From Verrucomicrobiota bacterium (GTDB taxonomy: Bacteria; Verrucomicrobiota; Verrucomicrobiia; Opitutales; Cerasicoccaceae), in the NCBI GenBank assembly GCA_039818205.1, contig JBCBUK010000004.1:136302-200301 (forward strand): a DNA stretch of 64,000 nt. Direction: 5' to 3'. Below the pieces are notes generated by a model. It was not told the origin of the DNA. It ran no database searches and was given only the letters and a program-made list of their open reading frames with translations. Positions 42,266-52,289 of the stretch are shown piece after piece. Each line of letters starts with the position of its first letter. Position 1 is the first letter of the stretch. The position numbers and the translations under genes were made by a program.

Positions 42266-44215
42266 ATGAGTACTCCTTCTCCTGATACCCGCAAATTCGC
42301 ACCGACAGAAGAGTTCGTTGCCCAAGCTAATCTGTCTGGGGTCGAGGCTTATCAAGCCATGCACCAGCGTGCGTTGGAAGACCCAGAAGGTTTTTGGGCT
42401 GAGATTGCGAGCGAACTCGCCTGGATGAAGCCTTGGGAGAAAGTTTTCGACGATTCGCAGTCGCCAGTCTTTCAATGGTTCGTCGGTGGAACGACCAATA
42501 TCACCGTTAACTGCCTCGACCGCCATGTTGTGGCAGGTCTGGGCGACAAACCCGCGATTCTTTGGGAAGGAGAGCCAGAGGGCGAGTCGCTTACAATCAC
42601 CTACGGAGAGCTTCTTGCCAAGGTCGAGAAGTTCGCGAATGTCCTTAAATCGATGGGCATCGAAAAAGGCGATGGTGTAGCGATCTACTTGCCAATGATA
42701 CCCGAGTTGGTGGTCGCGGTTCTGGCCTGCGCCAGAATTGGCGCCGTTCATAGCGTGATCTTCGCTGGTTTCTCGGCTGAATCGATTAAAGATCGCGTGA
42801 TTGATCAGCACTCTAAGTTGGTGATCACCGCGGACGGTGGCTGGCGGCGCGGAAAGCCGTTGTTGCTCAAAAATATCGTCGACGAAGGTGTCGCCGAATG
42901 CGACTCCGTGGAGAAAGTCTTGGTGATTCAACGCCACTTGGACAAGGCTCCCTTCGAGCACTCTTGGAACAACGTTCGCGACCGCTGGTATCATGAACTC
43001 GAGGTCGCCGCAGATGACCATTGCGAGCCCGAGGAGATGGATGCAGAAGACATGTTATTTTTGCTCTATACCAGCGGGTCAACCGGTAAGCCCAAAGGGA
43101 TTATGCACACCACGGGCGGGTATATGGTTTATACCTACCTGACGAGTAAGCTCAGTTTCGATCTCAAGCCCGACGATGTTTTCTGGTGCACCGCCGATGT
43201 CGGCTGGATCACGGGCCACAGCTATATTGTCTACGGTATCCTGCAAAATGGCGTCACTCAGGTCATGTACGAAGGGGCGCCTAATTTTCCGGATGAATCT
43301 CGGTTCTGGGACATCGTTGAGAAATATAAGGCGACTATCTTTTACACCGCACCGACGGCGATTCGCGCCTTTATGAAGTGGGGGGATCAACACGTGTCCA
43401 AGCATGACCTCTCATCCCTTCGGTTATTGGGCACCGTTGGTGAGCCCATCAATCCAGAAGCTTGGATGTGGTATCATCGCATGATTGGCGCGGAGAAGTG
43501 CCCGATTATCGATACCTGGTGGCAGACGGAGACAGGTGGCCATATGCTAACACCGTTACCAGGCGTCACCGAGACGAAACCGGGTTCGGCGACGACTCCA
43601 TTTCCCGGCATCGACGCAGCGGTCTTGGACGAAGAAGGTAATGAGGTTGAGCGCGGCATCCTGGCGATCCGCAAGCCATGGCCCGGAATGCTGCGCGGCG
43701 TCTGGGGCGATCCCGAGCGCTATAAAAGCACCTACTGGTGTAAGTGGGGAGGCAAATACTACTTCCCCGGTGACGGCGCGATCAAGGACGAGGATGATTA
43801 TTTTTGGGTAACTGGACGCGTCGACGATGTCGTCAACGTTTCTGGCCACCGAATCGGTACCGCCGAGCTGGAGAGTGTCTTTGTCGAACACCCGGCCGTT
43901 GCCGAAAGTGCGGTCATTGGTATTCCACACGAGATTAAGGGGCAGGGCCTGGTGGCCTTTGTGATTATTCGTACGGCCGCTGACGGTGATGAGGATACCT
44001 GGCGCAAGGAGTTGACTGGGATGGTGGATTCCAAAATCGGTAAGTTTGCCCGTCCCGAGAAAATCGTTTTCTCGCATGACCTTCCCAAGACGCGTTCAGG
44101 AAAGATCATGCGTCGGCTCTTGCGGGATATCGCTGAAGACCGACCGTTGGGCAATGTGACGACTTTGGCTGATCCGTCGGTTGTCGATTCTCTCAAGGAA
44201 AAATTCCACGCGTAG
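42266..44215 (+). CDS. acs: acetyl-CoA synthetase
   Basis: YTSGSTGKPKG, WCTADVGWITGHSY, DTWWQTETG, GRVDDV, LPKTRSGKIMRR. Confidence 0.97.
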   Translation: MSTPSPDTRKFAPTEEFVAQANLSGVEAYQAMHQRALEDPEGFWAEIASELAWMKPWEKVFDDSQSPVFQWFVGGTTNITVNCLDRHVVAGLGDKPAILWEGEPEGESLTITYGELLAKVEKFANVLKSMGIEKGDGVAIYLPMIPELVVAVLACARIGAVHSVIFAGFSAESIKDRVIDQHSKLVITADGGWRRGKPLLLKNIVDEGVAECDSVEKVLVIQRHLDKAPFEHSWNNVRDRWYHELEVAADDHCEPEEMDAEDMLFLLYTSGSTGKPKGIMHTTGGYMVYTYLTSKLSFDLKPDDVFWCTADVGWITGHSYIVYGILQNGVTQVMYEGAPNFPDESRFWDIVEKYKATIFYTAPTAIRAFMKWGDQHVSKHDLSSLRLLGTVGEPINPEAWMWYHRMIGAEKCPIIDTWWQTETGGHMLTPLPGVTETKPGSATTPFPGIDAAVLDEEGNEVERGILAIRKPWPGMLRGVWGDPERYKSTYWCKWGGKYYFPGDGAIKDEDDYFWVTGRVDDVVNVSGHRIGTAELESVFVEHPAVAESAVIGIPHEIKGQGLVAFVIIRTAADGDEDTWRKELTGMVDSKIGKFARPEKIVFSHDLPKTRSGKIMRRLLRDIAEDRPLGNVTTLADPSVVDSLKEKFHA

Positions 44216-44349
44216 CGAGTCATTTATCAATTTCGTGAGTGCCACCCTTGTTCTAGAAGGGACTCTCAGCCAACGATCAAACTGGCATTGTGCCGTAAAT
44301 TGCGCTTGTTTCATTGGGCGCAGCGGGCTTCAATGCGCACAACTCTAGG

Positions 44350-44952
44350 ATGGGTAAGAAAAAAGAACCACTTTGGGAGCTGCGAGGCTCATCGATTCAT
44401 CAGCAGGGCATGTTTGCGCGCAAAAACATCCCGGCTGGAACGCGCATCATCGAGTATGTCGGTGAGCTTATCTCCAAAGAGGAGTCCGAGCGGCGCTGTA
44501 TCGAGTGGGAAGAAAAGGCTCGGAAAAAAGGTGCCGGCTTGGTCTACGTGTTTGATCTAAACGAAGAATACGACCTCGACGGTAACACCGATACCAATCC
44601 CGCAAAGTATATTAACCATAGCTGCGAAGAGAATTGCGAAGCGATCAATGAAGAGGATCGCATTTTCATCTACTCAACCAAAGACATCGCGAAGGACGCG
44701 GAGTTGTCCTTCGATTATGGTTACGAGCTGGAACATTTTATCGACCATCCCTGTCTTTGTGGCAGCAAGAAATGCGTTGGATACATCGTTACGAAATCCA
44801 GTCGCAAGAAGTTGAAAGAAATTCTCCGAAAGAAGGAAGAGGAGAAGAAGTCCGCCAAGAAAAAGAAAAAATCGGCGGGGAAGAAGGCGACGACCAAGAA
44901 GAAAAAGAAAAGCGCAAAGAAGGCTAAGAAAGGAAAAAAGGCTAAGTCGTGA
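44350..44952 (+). CDS. SET domain protein-lysine methyltransferase with post-SET motif and Lys-rich tail
   Basis: SSIHQQGMFA, IEYVGE, KYINHSC, ELSFDYG, CLCGSKKC; C-terminal KKSAKKKKKSAGKKATTKKKKKSAKKAKKGKKAKS. Confidence 0.92.
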   Translation: MGKKKEPLWELRGSSIHQQGMFARKNIPAGTRIIEYVGELISKEESERRCIEWEEKARKKGAGLVYVFDLNEEYDLDGNTDTNPAKYINHSCEENCEAINEEDRIFIYSTKDIAKDAELSFDYGYELEHFIDHPCLCGSKKCVGYIVTKSSRKKLKEILRKKEEEKKSAKKKKKSAGKKATTKKKKKSAKKAKKGKKAKS

Positions 44953-46109
44953 AACTCCTCGTGTTGACATCCAGCACGGGCGGCGGACATGACATGCGCG
45001 CGCGTTCGCTCAAGGCATGGGCGGAGCATCCTAGTGCCCAGGATCTCGGGATTGAAGTGGAAGTCTTTCAAACCTTGGAGAGCCTCGATGGTCTTTATAA
45101 GTTTGGCGTCGAAACCTATAATTGGATTCAACTGCATGCGCCTTGGTTGCACCACGGGTATTTCAATTTTCTAGAAGTCGCTGGTATGCACCGAAAGGCG
45201 AGTGCGATTAAGGGGCGGGAGGCATTTGAGAAGATGCTGCTCGAGAAACGCCCGGATATCATCGTAAGCACCCACGCACATCTGAACCACGGATTCTTTG
45301 CCTTGGCTAAGGAGATTCTGGGTCCCGACAAGGTAAAGTGCGTGACCTATTGTGGTGAGCTTTTTGGCGGTTACGGGTTCAGCAAGCATTGGGTGAACCC
45401 GCAGAGCGACGGTTTTTTCGGCGCCGTTCAAGAAACCTGCGATCACGCAAAGTCCCTCGGCATGGCCGACGATAAAAATCACGTCGGCGGCTTCATGCTC
45501 AATCCCGGCTTTTGGGACAAGTTATTGAGCGTGGAGGAAAAAGATGCCTGGATCGCCGAGAAGCTTGGTCTGGATCCTGCAAAATTTATCCTGGTTTTGG
45601 CTACGGGTGCGAATAGCGCTAACAATCACCTTGATTTGCTCGAAGCCCTGAAAGCGGCGGACGTCCATCCGCAAGTCGTTGCGTTGTGCGGCCGCAATGA
45701 ATCTGCTTTTCAATCAGTCGAAGCCTGGGGTGCCGCCAAACCGGCAATTCCGGTAAAACCGCTGCCGTATTTTACGGAAATGTTCAATCTGATGCAGTGT
45801 GCGTCTGCCGTTGTTGCTCGGCCGGGAACTGGAACGACTAGCGAGAGTATACTGGCCGGTTGCCCAATCATCTTTAATGGCCTCGGAGGAATCATGCCTC
45901 AGGAGTGGATTACCGTGAAGTTTATGCGGAGCCACCAGGCGGATCTCGTCATGAACAATCCCCGCAAGTTGCCCACGATTGTGCACCGATTGATGGAGGA
46001 ACCCGGGGCCCTTGACGAGGCCAAGGCGAAAATGATCAGCGTTCGCCCGACACAACACCCGCTGGACATTTTGCGTAATCTGGTTTCACTTGTTCCCCAA
46101 ACCGTATGA
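44949..46109 (+). CDS. MGDG-synthase/UgtP-like glycosyltransferase (GT28)
   Basis: LTSSTGGGHD, PDIIVSTH, VALCGRN, RPGTGTTSESILAGCPI, PQE; GTG start overlaps the SET stop (GTGA). Confidence 0.85.
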   Translation: MKLLVLTSSTGGGHDMRARSLKAWAEHPSAQDLGIEVEVFQTLESLDGLYKFGVETYNWIQLHAPWLHHGYFNFLEVAGMHRKASAIKGREAFEKMLLEKRPDIIVSTHAHLNHGFFALAKEILGPDKVKCVTYCGELFGGYGFSKHWVNPQSDGFFGAVQETCDHAKSLGMADDKNHVGGFMLNPGFWDKLLSVEEKDAWIAEKLGLDPAKFILVLATGANSANNHLDLLEALKAADVHPQVVALCGRNESAFQSVEAWGAAKPAIPVKPLPYFTEMFNLMQCASAVVARPGTGTTSESILAGCPIIFNGLGGIMPQEWITVKFMRSHQADLVMNNPRKLPTIVHRLMEEPGALDEAKAKMISVRPTQHPLDILRNLVSLVPQTV

Positions 46110-46897
46110 AACCCGCAGCCTTTCATCATTTGCAGACCCGCTTGTACCTACATGCGGTCTTTCCAGCCTTCGATGGCGTCATCAAGGCGTCTCAGGAGGC
46201 TCGCGCATTGCTCAAGGAACAGCCGTTCTCGGTGTGCTTCAAAACGCGTTCTGGGCTACGAGCGAGCTACCACTTCACGGAAACTGGCTGTGACTACATC
46301 CCGGGTGACAGCAACCAAGCCGAGCTTGAGTTGTTTTTTTTCTCCGATAGCCATGCGGCTGCGACTTTTCTAGAGCAGACAGTGTTTCCGCCACTCCCGC
46401 TCCGTGGCTTTGGAAGCATTCGCAAAATGGATACCTTCAAGGCTTTATCGGAGATGCTCAAAGTCTGGCTGAAGCCGACGGAGGGACGCCTCGCCGAGGA
46501 ATCCTTTCGTGAGGTTTACGTCCCCTTGGCCTTGCGTTTAGCCTTAAGGGGCGTTTGTCAGCTGTGCTCTCACGACCGGAGTAGCACCCAGTTGTTTTCA
46601 TCCGGCCCCCACGGCCTGGCGGTATTTCAAGTAGGCGATAACGGTTCTCCCGTATGGATCCGCTTTCAGCCCGGTGAGCTCGAAACTGGGGAGGGGGAGC
46701 CCGATAGCGAACCGGACGCCCGAGTGATTTTCCGCGATTCCATGGTCGCCGCATTGGCAACGATGGACAAGGTCGACTCCGTTGCTGCGGTTGGGTTGGG
46801 CCAGATCGAGGTGATCGGGCAGGTTCCTTTGGCCGACCACTTGAACTTTCTCATGGAACGTGTTCAGCCCTTTGTGGATCCGGAGGTGGCCGCATGA
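46106..46897 (+). CDS. hypothetical protein with SCP2-like (sterol/lipid carrier) fold
   Basis: C-terminal PDARVIF..DSVAAVGLGQIEVIGQVPLA resembles SCP2; ATGA overlaps on both sides. Confidence 0.6.
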   Translation: MKPAAFHHLQTRLYLHAVFPAFDGVIKASQEARALLKEQPFSVCFKTRSGLRASYHFTETGCDYIPGDSNQAELELFFFSDSHAAATFLEQTVFPPLPLRGFGSIRKMDTFKALSEMLKVWLKPTEGRLAEESFREVYVPLALRLALRGVCQLCSHDRSSTQLFSSGPHGLAVFQVGDNGSPVWIRFQPGELETGEGEPDSEPDARVIFRDSMVAALATMDKVDSVAAVGLGQIEVIGQVPLADHLNFLMERVQPFVDPEVAA

Positions 46898-48126
46898 GTG
46901 AGCATTTCGGACAAAGCTTATCCCTTTTTGAGCGAGCGGCGAAAGTTGCGCCCGGAGGCATCTACGGGCACATGAGCCCTGCGGCGTGCCTCCCTGGAGC
47001 CAGCCCTTACTATGCCGTTCGCGCCGAGGGCTGTCGTTATTGGGACGTCGATGGCCACGAATACATCGACTATATGTGCGGCTACGGCCCGATTATTCTC
47101 GGCTACCAGAATGCTGAGGTTGAAGAGGCAGCGACTAAGCAGCGTGAATTAGGCAATTGCTTTAATCATCCGACCGAGCGCTTCATCGAATTGGTGGAGA
47201 GACTGGTTTCACTGGTTGATTTTGCCGAGTGGGGCGTACTGGCCAAAAACGGCGGTGACGTGACCACCTGGGCGATTCAAGTGGCCAGAGAGCATACCAA
47301 GCGGAAAAAAATTATCCGGTTGAAAGGCTCCTATCACGGTGTCGATCCCTGGTGTACGCCAGGTCACGGCGGTTTGATTGAGGAGGATCGCGAACACATT
47401 CACCAGTTCGGATGGAATGATTTGTTGGCGCTGCAAGGATTGGTTGAGCGATACAAGGGCCAAATTGCGGGTTTGATCATCACGCCTTACCACCATCCGG
47501 TGTTTGCGGACCAGGCCTTCGCCGAAGGCGGCTTCCTGGAGGGAGTTCAGAGCATTTGTAAAGCCGAAGGAATCGTCTTGATCATGGATGATATTCGCGG
47601 CGGGTTTCGCTTGAATATCGGGGGAAGTCACCGCGCGTTTGGATTCACCCCGGATATCGCGTGCTTCTGCAAGGCCATGGCGAATGGCTATCCCATCTCG
47701 GCTGCTGTTGGCTGCGAGGAGCTGCGGATCGCAGCGAGCAAGGTCTTTTTGACGGGCAGCTACTGGAATAGCGCTGTGCCGATGGCTGCTGCCTTGAAGA
47801 CACTTGAGATTCTCGAGCGCGATGATGTGCCCCAGAAACTGGAGACTGTTGGTCGCCGCCTTTCGGAAGGCCTTGAGGCGATTGGCAAAAAGCATGGGCA
47901 CAAAATTCAGCCCTCCGGTCCGCCCGCCATTCCATTTTATCGTTTGGCCGAGGAAACCAATTTTGTCCGCCAGCAGCAATGGTGTGCTGAGGTAATGAAG
48001 CGCGGGGCGTTCTTTCACCCGCATCATAACTGGTTTGTCTGCGCCTCCCATACCGAGGCGGATATTGACGCAACCTTACAAATTGCTGAGGATGCATTGA
48101 TTGCCTGTAAGGAACGCTGGGATTAG
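46894..48126 (+). CDS. class III PLP-dependent aminotransferase (FumI/GSA-aminomutase-like)
   Basis: PGGIYGH, WDVDGHEYIDYMCGYGP, YHG, DDIRGGFR, catalytic Lys in FCKAMANGYPIS, TGSYW. Confidence 0.9.
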   Translation: MSEHFGQSLSLFERAAKVAPGGIYGHMSPAACLPGASPYYAVRAEGCRYWDVDGHEYIDYMCGYGPIILGYQNAEVEEAATKQRELGNCFNHPTERFIELVERLVSLVDFAEWGVLAKNGGDVTTWAIQVAREHTKRKKIIRLKGSYHGVDPWCTPGHGGLIEEDREHIHQFGWNDLLALQGLVERYKGQIAGLIITPYHHPVFADQAFAEGGFLEGVQSICKAEGIVLIMDDIRGGFRLNIGGSHRAFGFTPDIACFCKAMANGYPISAAVGCEELRIAASKVFLTGSYWNSAVPMAAALKTLEILERDDVPQKLETVGRRLSEGLEAIGKKHGHKIQPSGPPAIPFYRLAEETNFVRQQQWCAEVMKRGAFFHPHHNWFVCASHTEADIDATLQIAEDALIACKERWD

Positions 48127-48199
48127 GCTCCTATCTTTTTATAGCTGCCCCTTGCTTGATTAATTATTCGAGGCAGATATCTGTCTTCCGGTTTTGACT

Positions 48200-49285
48200 A
48201 TGCAGAATCCAAAAAAAGTCCTCGTCGCCTTGTCTGGCGGGGTTGATAGCGCCGTAGCCGCCTTGCTTCTCAAGGATGCGGGCTATGAGATTTCTGCTGC
48301 CTACATGCGCACCTGGATGAACGAGGAGAGGAGCGATATCCTGTCCGATTGCCCCTGGGAAGAAGACATCAAGCAAGCCAAACAGGTTTGCGCGCACCTG
48401 GGGATTGATTTTGAGGTCGTGAATCTGATCGACGACTACCGAGAGCGCGTGGTCCAGTATTTGGTCGAAGGCTACCGGAGTGGGATCACCCCTAACCCGG
48501 ACATCATGTGCAATCGTGAGATGAAGTTCGGTGTTTTTCGCGATTTCGCGAAGAAGAACGGCTTCGATTCTGTGGCAACCGGACACTATTGCCGTCGGCA
48601 GGACAACACCGATGGCACAAGCGACATCCTAAAGGGTGTCGATCCCAATAAGGATCAGTCTTACTTCCTGGCAATGGTGCAGCAGGAACAGCTGCAGGAC
48701 GCCTTGTTCCCGATCGGGGAGCTACAGAAGCCCCGGGTTCGAGAAATCGCCAGTGAGCGTGAGTTGCCCAATGCAAGCCGCAAGGATAGCCAGGGAATAT
48801 GCTTTCTAGGAAAAGTAGACATCAATCAGTTTTTGCGATGCTACATCCCCGATCGTCCGGGCGAGATTGCCCATGCACAAACCGGACAAGTTTTGGGAGA
48901 GCACCGCGGGCTTCACCATTTTACCTTAGGCCAGCGTCACGGCCTCGGTGTTCCAAGCAACACAGACAATGAACATTTCGTCGTTGTCGGGAAGGATTTT
49001 GACGCCAACCGACTGATGATTGCTTTTGATCACCAAGATAGTCCCGGTCTCTGGGGCGATCGGTTCAGCCTTGAGCGCCTCAGCTGGGTCAATAAACCCT
49101 TACTTGAGGAGACAAAACTGTCTGCTCGGGTTAGATATCGTGATTCTGCGGTGCCAGTAACTATTAAGCCCGATGGGGATACTGCCGATATAGAGTTTGA
49201 TTCCGCTCAAAGGGCTTTGGCCAAAGGACAGGTTTGCGCCTTATACAATGGCCAAAAACTACTGGGTGGGGGGTATTATACTTAG
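48200..49285 (+). CDS. mnmA: tRNA 2-thiouridine(34) synthase
   Basis: [45 protein letters not shown]. Confidence 0.97.
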   Translation: MQNPKKVLVALSGGVDSAVAALLLKDAGYEISAAYMRTWMNEERSDILSDCPWEEDIKQAKQVCAHLGIDFEVVNLIDDYRERVVQYLVEGYRSGITPNPDIMCNREMKFGVFRDFAKKNGFDSVATGHYCRRQDNTDGTSDILKGVDPNKDQSYFLAMVQQEQLQDALFPIGELQKPRVREIASERELPNASRKDSQGICFLGKVDINQFLRCYIPDRPGEIAHAQTGQVLGEHRGLHHFTLGQRHGLGVPSNTDNEHFVVVGKDFDANRLMIAFDHQDSPGLWGDRFSLERLSWVNKPLLEETKLSARVRYRDSAVPVTIKPDGDTADIEFDSAQRALAKGQVCALYNGQKLLGGGYYT

Positions 49286-49379
49286 GCTTTACATCCCTAT
49301 TTTCTTCTATTTAAATTCTAATATTATAGTTTTTGTTTGAAAAAAGAGACTTCTCTGTCGTTATCTCATATTAGCCGTC

Positions 49380-50024
49380 ATGACCCTTAAAGAACTTCAA
49401 CAATGGATGCTAAAACACGACGAGGAAGACTCGTGGTGGGTAGCTGTAGACGGCGAGGTTCAGGATAATCTGGTTTCGCTACCCGATGTTAGTAAGGTAA
49501 AAGAGCAACATTCTACCGCACAGATATCGGTTCTACACATCAGCAGAGCTGATGATGAAGACGCTGAATGGATCATCTACGAAGTTGATCCCGCCGAGTT
49601 CAAACTCGCCAAAGATAAGTCTGGTGGAAACATCAAAGTTTCCATTACGCCCTTTAGTAATCCGGAGGGTCCCGAGGTGGCCCATGAGGAACCTGTTGTG
49701 GAGGAAATACCTCAGGCTCAGGCACCCACATCTGGCGGTATTGCGACGACGGCTGAATTCTTAGATTTGAACCAGAAAGTAGAGGAGTTATCCTCCGAGG
49801 TGGCGTCTCTACGCGAGTTGGCCGACGAGCTGAAGAAGCCGATTATGGAGGCTCACCAAGTGTTGGAAGAGCGAGAAAAGTTCCTCGAAATCAGCGAAAA
49901 CTCCCTCTTCGACAAAGCCCAGAAGCAGGAGGTTTTGCAGACTGAGTTGGAGCAACTCCGCGAAGAGCTTCACGAACGTGAGAGGGCATTATCAGACCGA
50001 GAGCGGGCCGTTAGCCGTCGATAG
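49380..50024 (+). CDS. hypothetical protein (GYF-like N-terminus, C-terminal coiled coil)
   Basis: WWVAVDGEVQ..VSL pattern; heptad-rich C-terminus. Confidence 0.7.
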   Translation: MTLKELQQWMLKHDEEDSWWVAVDGEVQDNLVSLPDVSKVKEQHSTAQISVLHISRADDEDAEWIIYEVDPAEFKLAKDKSGGNIKVSITPFSNPEGPEVAHEEPVVEEIPQAQAPTSGGIATTAEFLDLNQKVEELSSEVASLRELADELKKPIMEAHQVLEEREKFLEISENSLFDKAQKQEVLQTELEQLREELHERERALSDRERAVSRR

Positions 50025-50055
50025 CTGAATCTTTTTTCTGGAATCGAGTGCTCGA

Positions 50056-50649
50056 TTACTCGAGAGGACGTGTCCAGAAAGTCATTGGTTTGGGTGATTC
50101 CTCATCCTCGCCAACTTCCTTCCAGTCGAAGGTCGTGGTGAGCTCGGAACGCTTCGTGTAGCCGCGCTTTTCCCAAAAGCCATCAAGTGGGGTATAGTCT
50201 TGGGGCCGTTTTGCATGGTCTGTCGGGCGCTCGACAGCGCAGAACGTTGTCAGGTCGAAACGGCCTAAAGTCCTGGCGTATTGTTCGCGTTCGTCGAAAA
50301 AACGATGGCCCAAACCCTGCCCGCGATAGGCGGGTTTGAGCACGGATTCGCCAAAGTAAAACACCTTCCTGATGTCATAGCCCGCTTGTTGAAAGGGCTG
50401 CGCGAACTCAGCCGTTTCGTTTTCTATGGGGAGGGCGGTTGAAGCACCGACCACGGCGTCACCGTCGAATACCAGGACAAACAGGCATTCGGGACAATCA
50501 AGGTAGGTTTGAAGATACTCGCGCTCGTATTCGAAGGTTCCGTCGTACAGATACGGGAAGTCGCGAAAAATCGCTATGCGCAAACGGGCGAGCGCGTCGC
50601 GGTAGTCCACGACTTCGGGCCCGACCATGGTTTTAACTTCAACAGCCAT
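50056..50649 (-). CDS. GNAT family N-acetyltransferase
   Basis: LRIAIFRDFPYLYDG, YFGESVL..YRGQGLG, FWEKRGY. Confidence 0.9.
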   Translation of the reverse strand: MAVEVKTMVGPEVVDYRDALARLRIAIFRDFPYLYDGTFEYEREYLQTYLDCPECLFVLVFDGDAVVGASTALPIENETAEFAQPFQQAGYDIRKVFYFGESVLKPAYRGQGLGHRFFDEREQYARTLGRFDLTTFCAVERPTDHAKRPQDYTPLDGFWEKRGYTKRSELTTTFDWKEVGEDEESPKPMTFWTRPLE

Positions 50650-50667
50650 GCTTGGGTGTGATGTTGG

Positions 50668-51903
50668 CTATTCTTCGACTCCGAGAATCTTCATGGCCTG
50701 CTGGACGTCCTTGTCCCCGCGACCAGAGAGATTCACGACCAAGATCTGGTCTGGGCTCATCTCAGGTGCCCGCTTCAGCGCATAGGCGAGGCCATGAGTC
50801 GACTCTAGAGCGGGTATGATGCCCTCAACCCGACTCAGGGTCTGGAAGGCTTCCATAACTTCGTCGTCGGTCGCAAACGCATACTCGATGCGTCCACGAT
50901 CGTGGTAAAAGGCATGCTCCGGACCGATGGCTGCATAGTCGAGGCCAGCGGATACCGAGTGCGTTAGCTCGATTTGACCATCGGGGTTTTGCAGGATGAA
51001 CGTCTTGGATCCCTGGAGAACACCGACCTTGCCGCCTTCGAATCGAGCAGCGTGGCCACCGGGTTCGATACCGCGACCACCGGCTTCAACGCCGACCAGG
51101 CGGACATCGGAATCTTCCAAAAAGTCGAAGAACAGGCCAATGCAATTCGATCCACCGCCGACGCAGGCGACCATTTCATCGGGGAGCCGGCCTTCGGCTT
51201 CCAATATCTGGCGCCGAGCTTCTTCGCCGATGATCTTGTGGAAATCGCGCACCATCATCGGGTAAGGGTGGGAACCAAGGGCTGAGCCAAGAATGTAATG
51301 CGTGTCGCGGCAATTGGTTACCCAGTCGCGCATCGCTTCGTTTACGGCATCCTTGAGGGTGCGCTGGCCGGCTTCAACACCACGGACCTCTGCGCCCATT
51401 AACCGCATTCGGAAAACGTTGAGTGCCTGACGTTCCATGTCGACCGCGCCCATATAGACGATGCATTCGAAGCCAAACTTCGCACAGACCGCGGCGGTTG
51501 CCACACCGTGCTGGCCAGCACCGGTCTCGGCAATGATGCGTTTCTTGCCCATGCGCTTGGCGAGGAGGGCCTGGCCAATGCAGTTGTTGATCTTGTGAGC
51601 GCCCGTGTGAAGACCGTCTTCGCGCTTGAGATAAATCTTCGCGCCGCCGCAGTGCTCAGTCAGGCGTTCAGCAAAATAAAGCTCCGTGGGACGCCCAGCG
51701 TATTGCTTGAGCATGTAGGCAAGCTCTTTGCGGAAAGCAGGATCGGCGCATGCCTCTTCGTAGGCTTGAGTCAGCTCAAAGAGTGGCGTCATGAGCGTTT
51801 CGGGGACATACATGCCGCCGTATTGCCCAAAATGCCCGGACTTATCGGGCAACGATTTGCGATCAATGGTGGGTGCGGTTTCCGTGGAGGTTGTCGAAGC
51901 CAT
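50668..51903 (-). CDS. trpB: tryptophan synthase beta chain
   Basis: [40 protein letters not shown]. Confidence 0.97.
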   Translation of the reverse strand: MASTTSTETAPTIDRKSLPDKSGHFGQYGGMYVPETLMTPLFELTQAYEEACADPAFRKELAYMLKQYAGRPTELYFAERLTEHCGGAKIYLKREDGLHTGAHKINNCIGQALLAKRMGKKRIIAETGAGQHGVATAAVCAKFGFECIVYMGAVDMERQALNVFRMRLMGAEVRGVEAGQRTLKDAVNEAMRDWVTNCRDTHYILGSALGSHPYPMMVRDFHKIIGEEARRQILEAEGRLPDEMVACVGGGSNCIGLFFDFLEDSDVRLVGVEAGGRGIEPGGHAARFEGGKVGVLQGSKTFILQNPDGQIELTHSVSAGLDYAAIGPEHAFYHDRGRIEYAFATDDEVMEAFQTLSRVEGIIPALESTHGLAYALKRAPEMSPDQILVVNLSGRGDKDVQQAMKILGVEE

Positions 51904-51980
51904 AATTCAACCAAGCCTGAGCTCGCCGATTTGACAAGTCGAGAGTGAGTTTCTCCGGCATGTCGTGCTGATCATCAGTT

Positions 51981-52286
51981 CTATTTTCTCAAGATCTCCC
52001 GTTTCCAAATGAGATGTGCTCTTGTATCTAATCCGAAGCCAGCAACCATTAAAAGATCTCTCCAATCAGTTTTTGCCAGATCGAACGCTGAGTCCCAATC
52101 GCCTAAGCCTCGGCTACACATTTTGACGATTGCTAGCCAGATTCTCTCTCTCGCAATCGGAGTCGAAAACGCCCCAAATATTCGATCGTCCGAGGTTTCT
52201 AGTTGGAGCCTTTTTTTAAGTTCCCTAGCTCGCGGGGCATCGAACAGAACATCGATGGTGTTTAACGTATCTTGAGTCAGCTCCAT
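51981..52286 (-). CDS. hypothetical protein
   Basis: ERIWLAIVK..LAKTDWRDLLMVAGF..H..W; 3 nt after the pdxA stop. Confidence 0.7.
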   Translation of the reverse strand: MELTQDTLNTIDVLFDAPRARELKKRLQLETSDDRIFGAFSTPIARERIWLAIVKMCSRGLGDWDSAFDLAKTDWRDLLMVAGFGLDTRAHLIWKREILRK

Positions 52287-52289
52287 TGT

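Noticed and set aside
46894..48126. Calling the aminotransferase hemL
   Set aside because: Reads PGGIYGH and DDIRGGFR instead of the HemL-type PGGVNSP and DEVMTGFR; no tetrapyrrole context
42179..48586. Antisense ORFs over acs, the aminotransferase and mnmA
   Set aside because: Overlap confidently identified genes on the other strand
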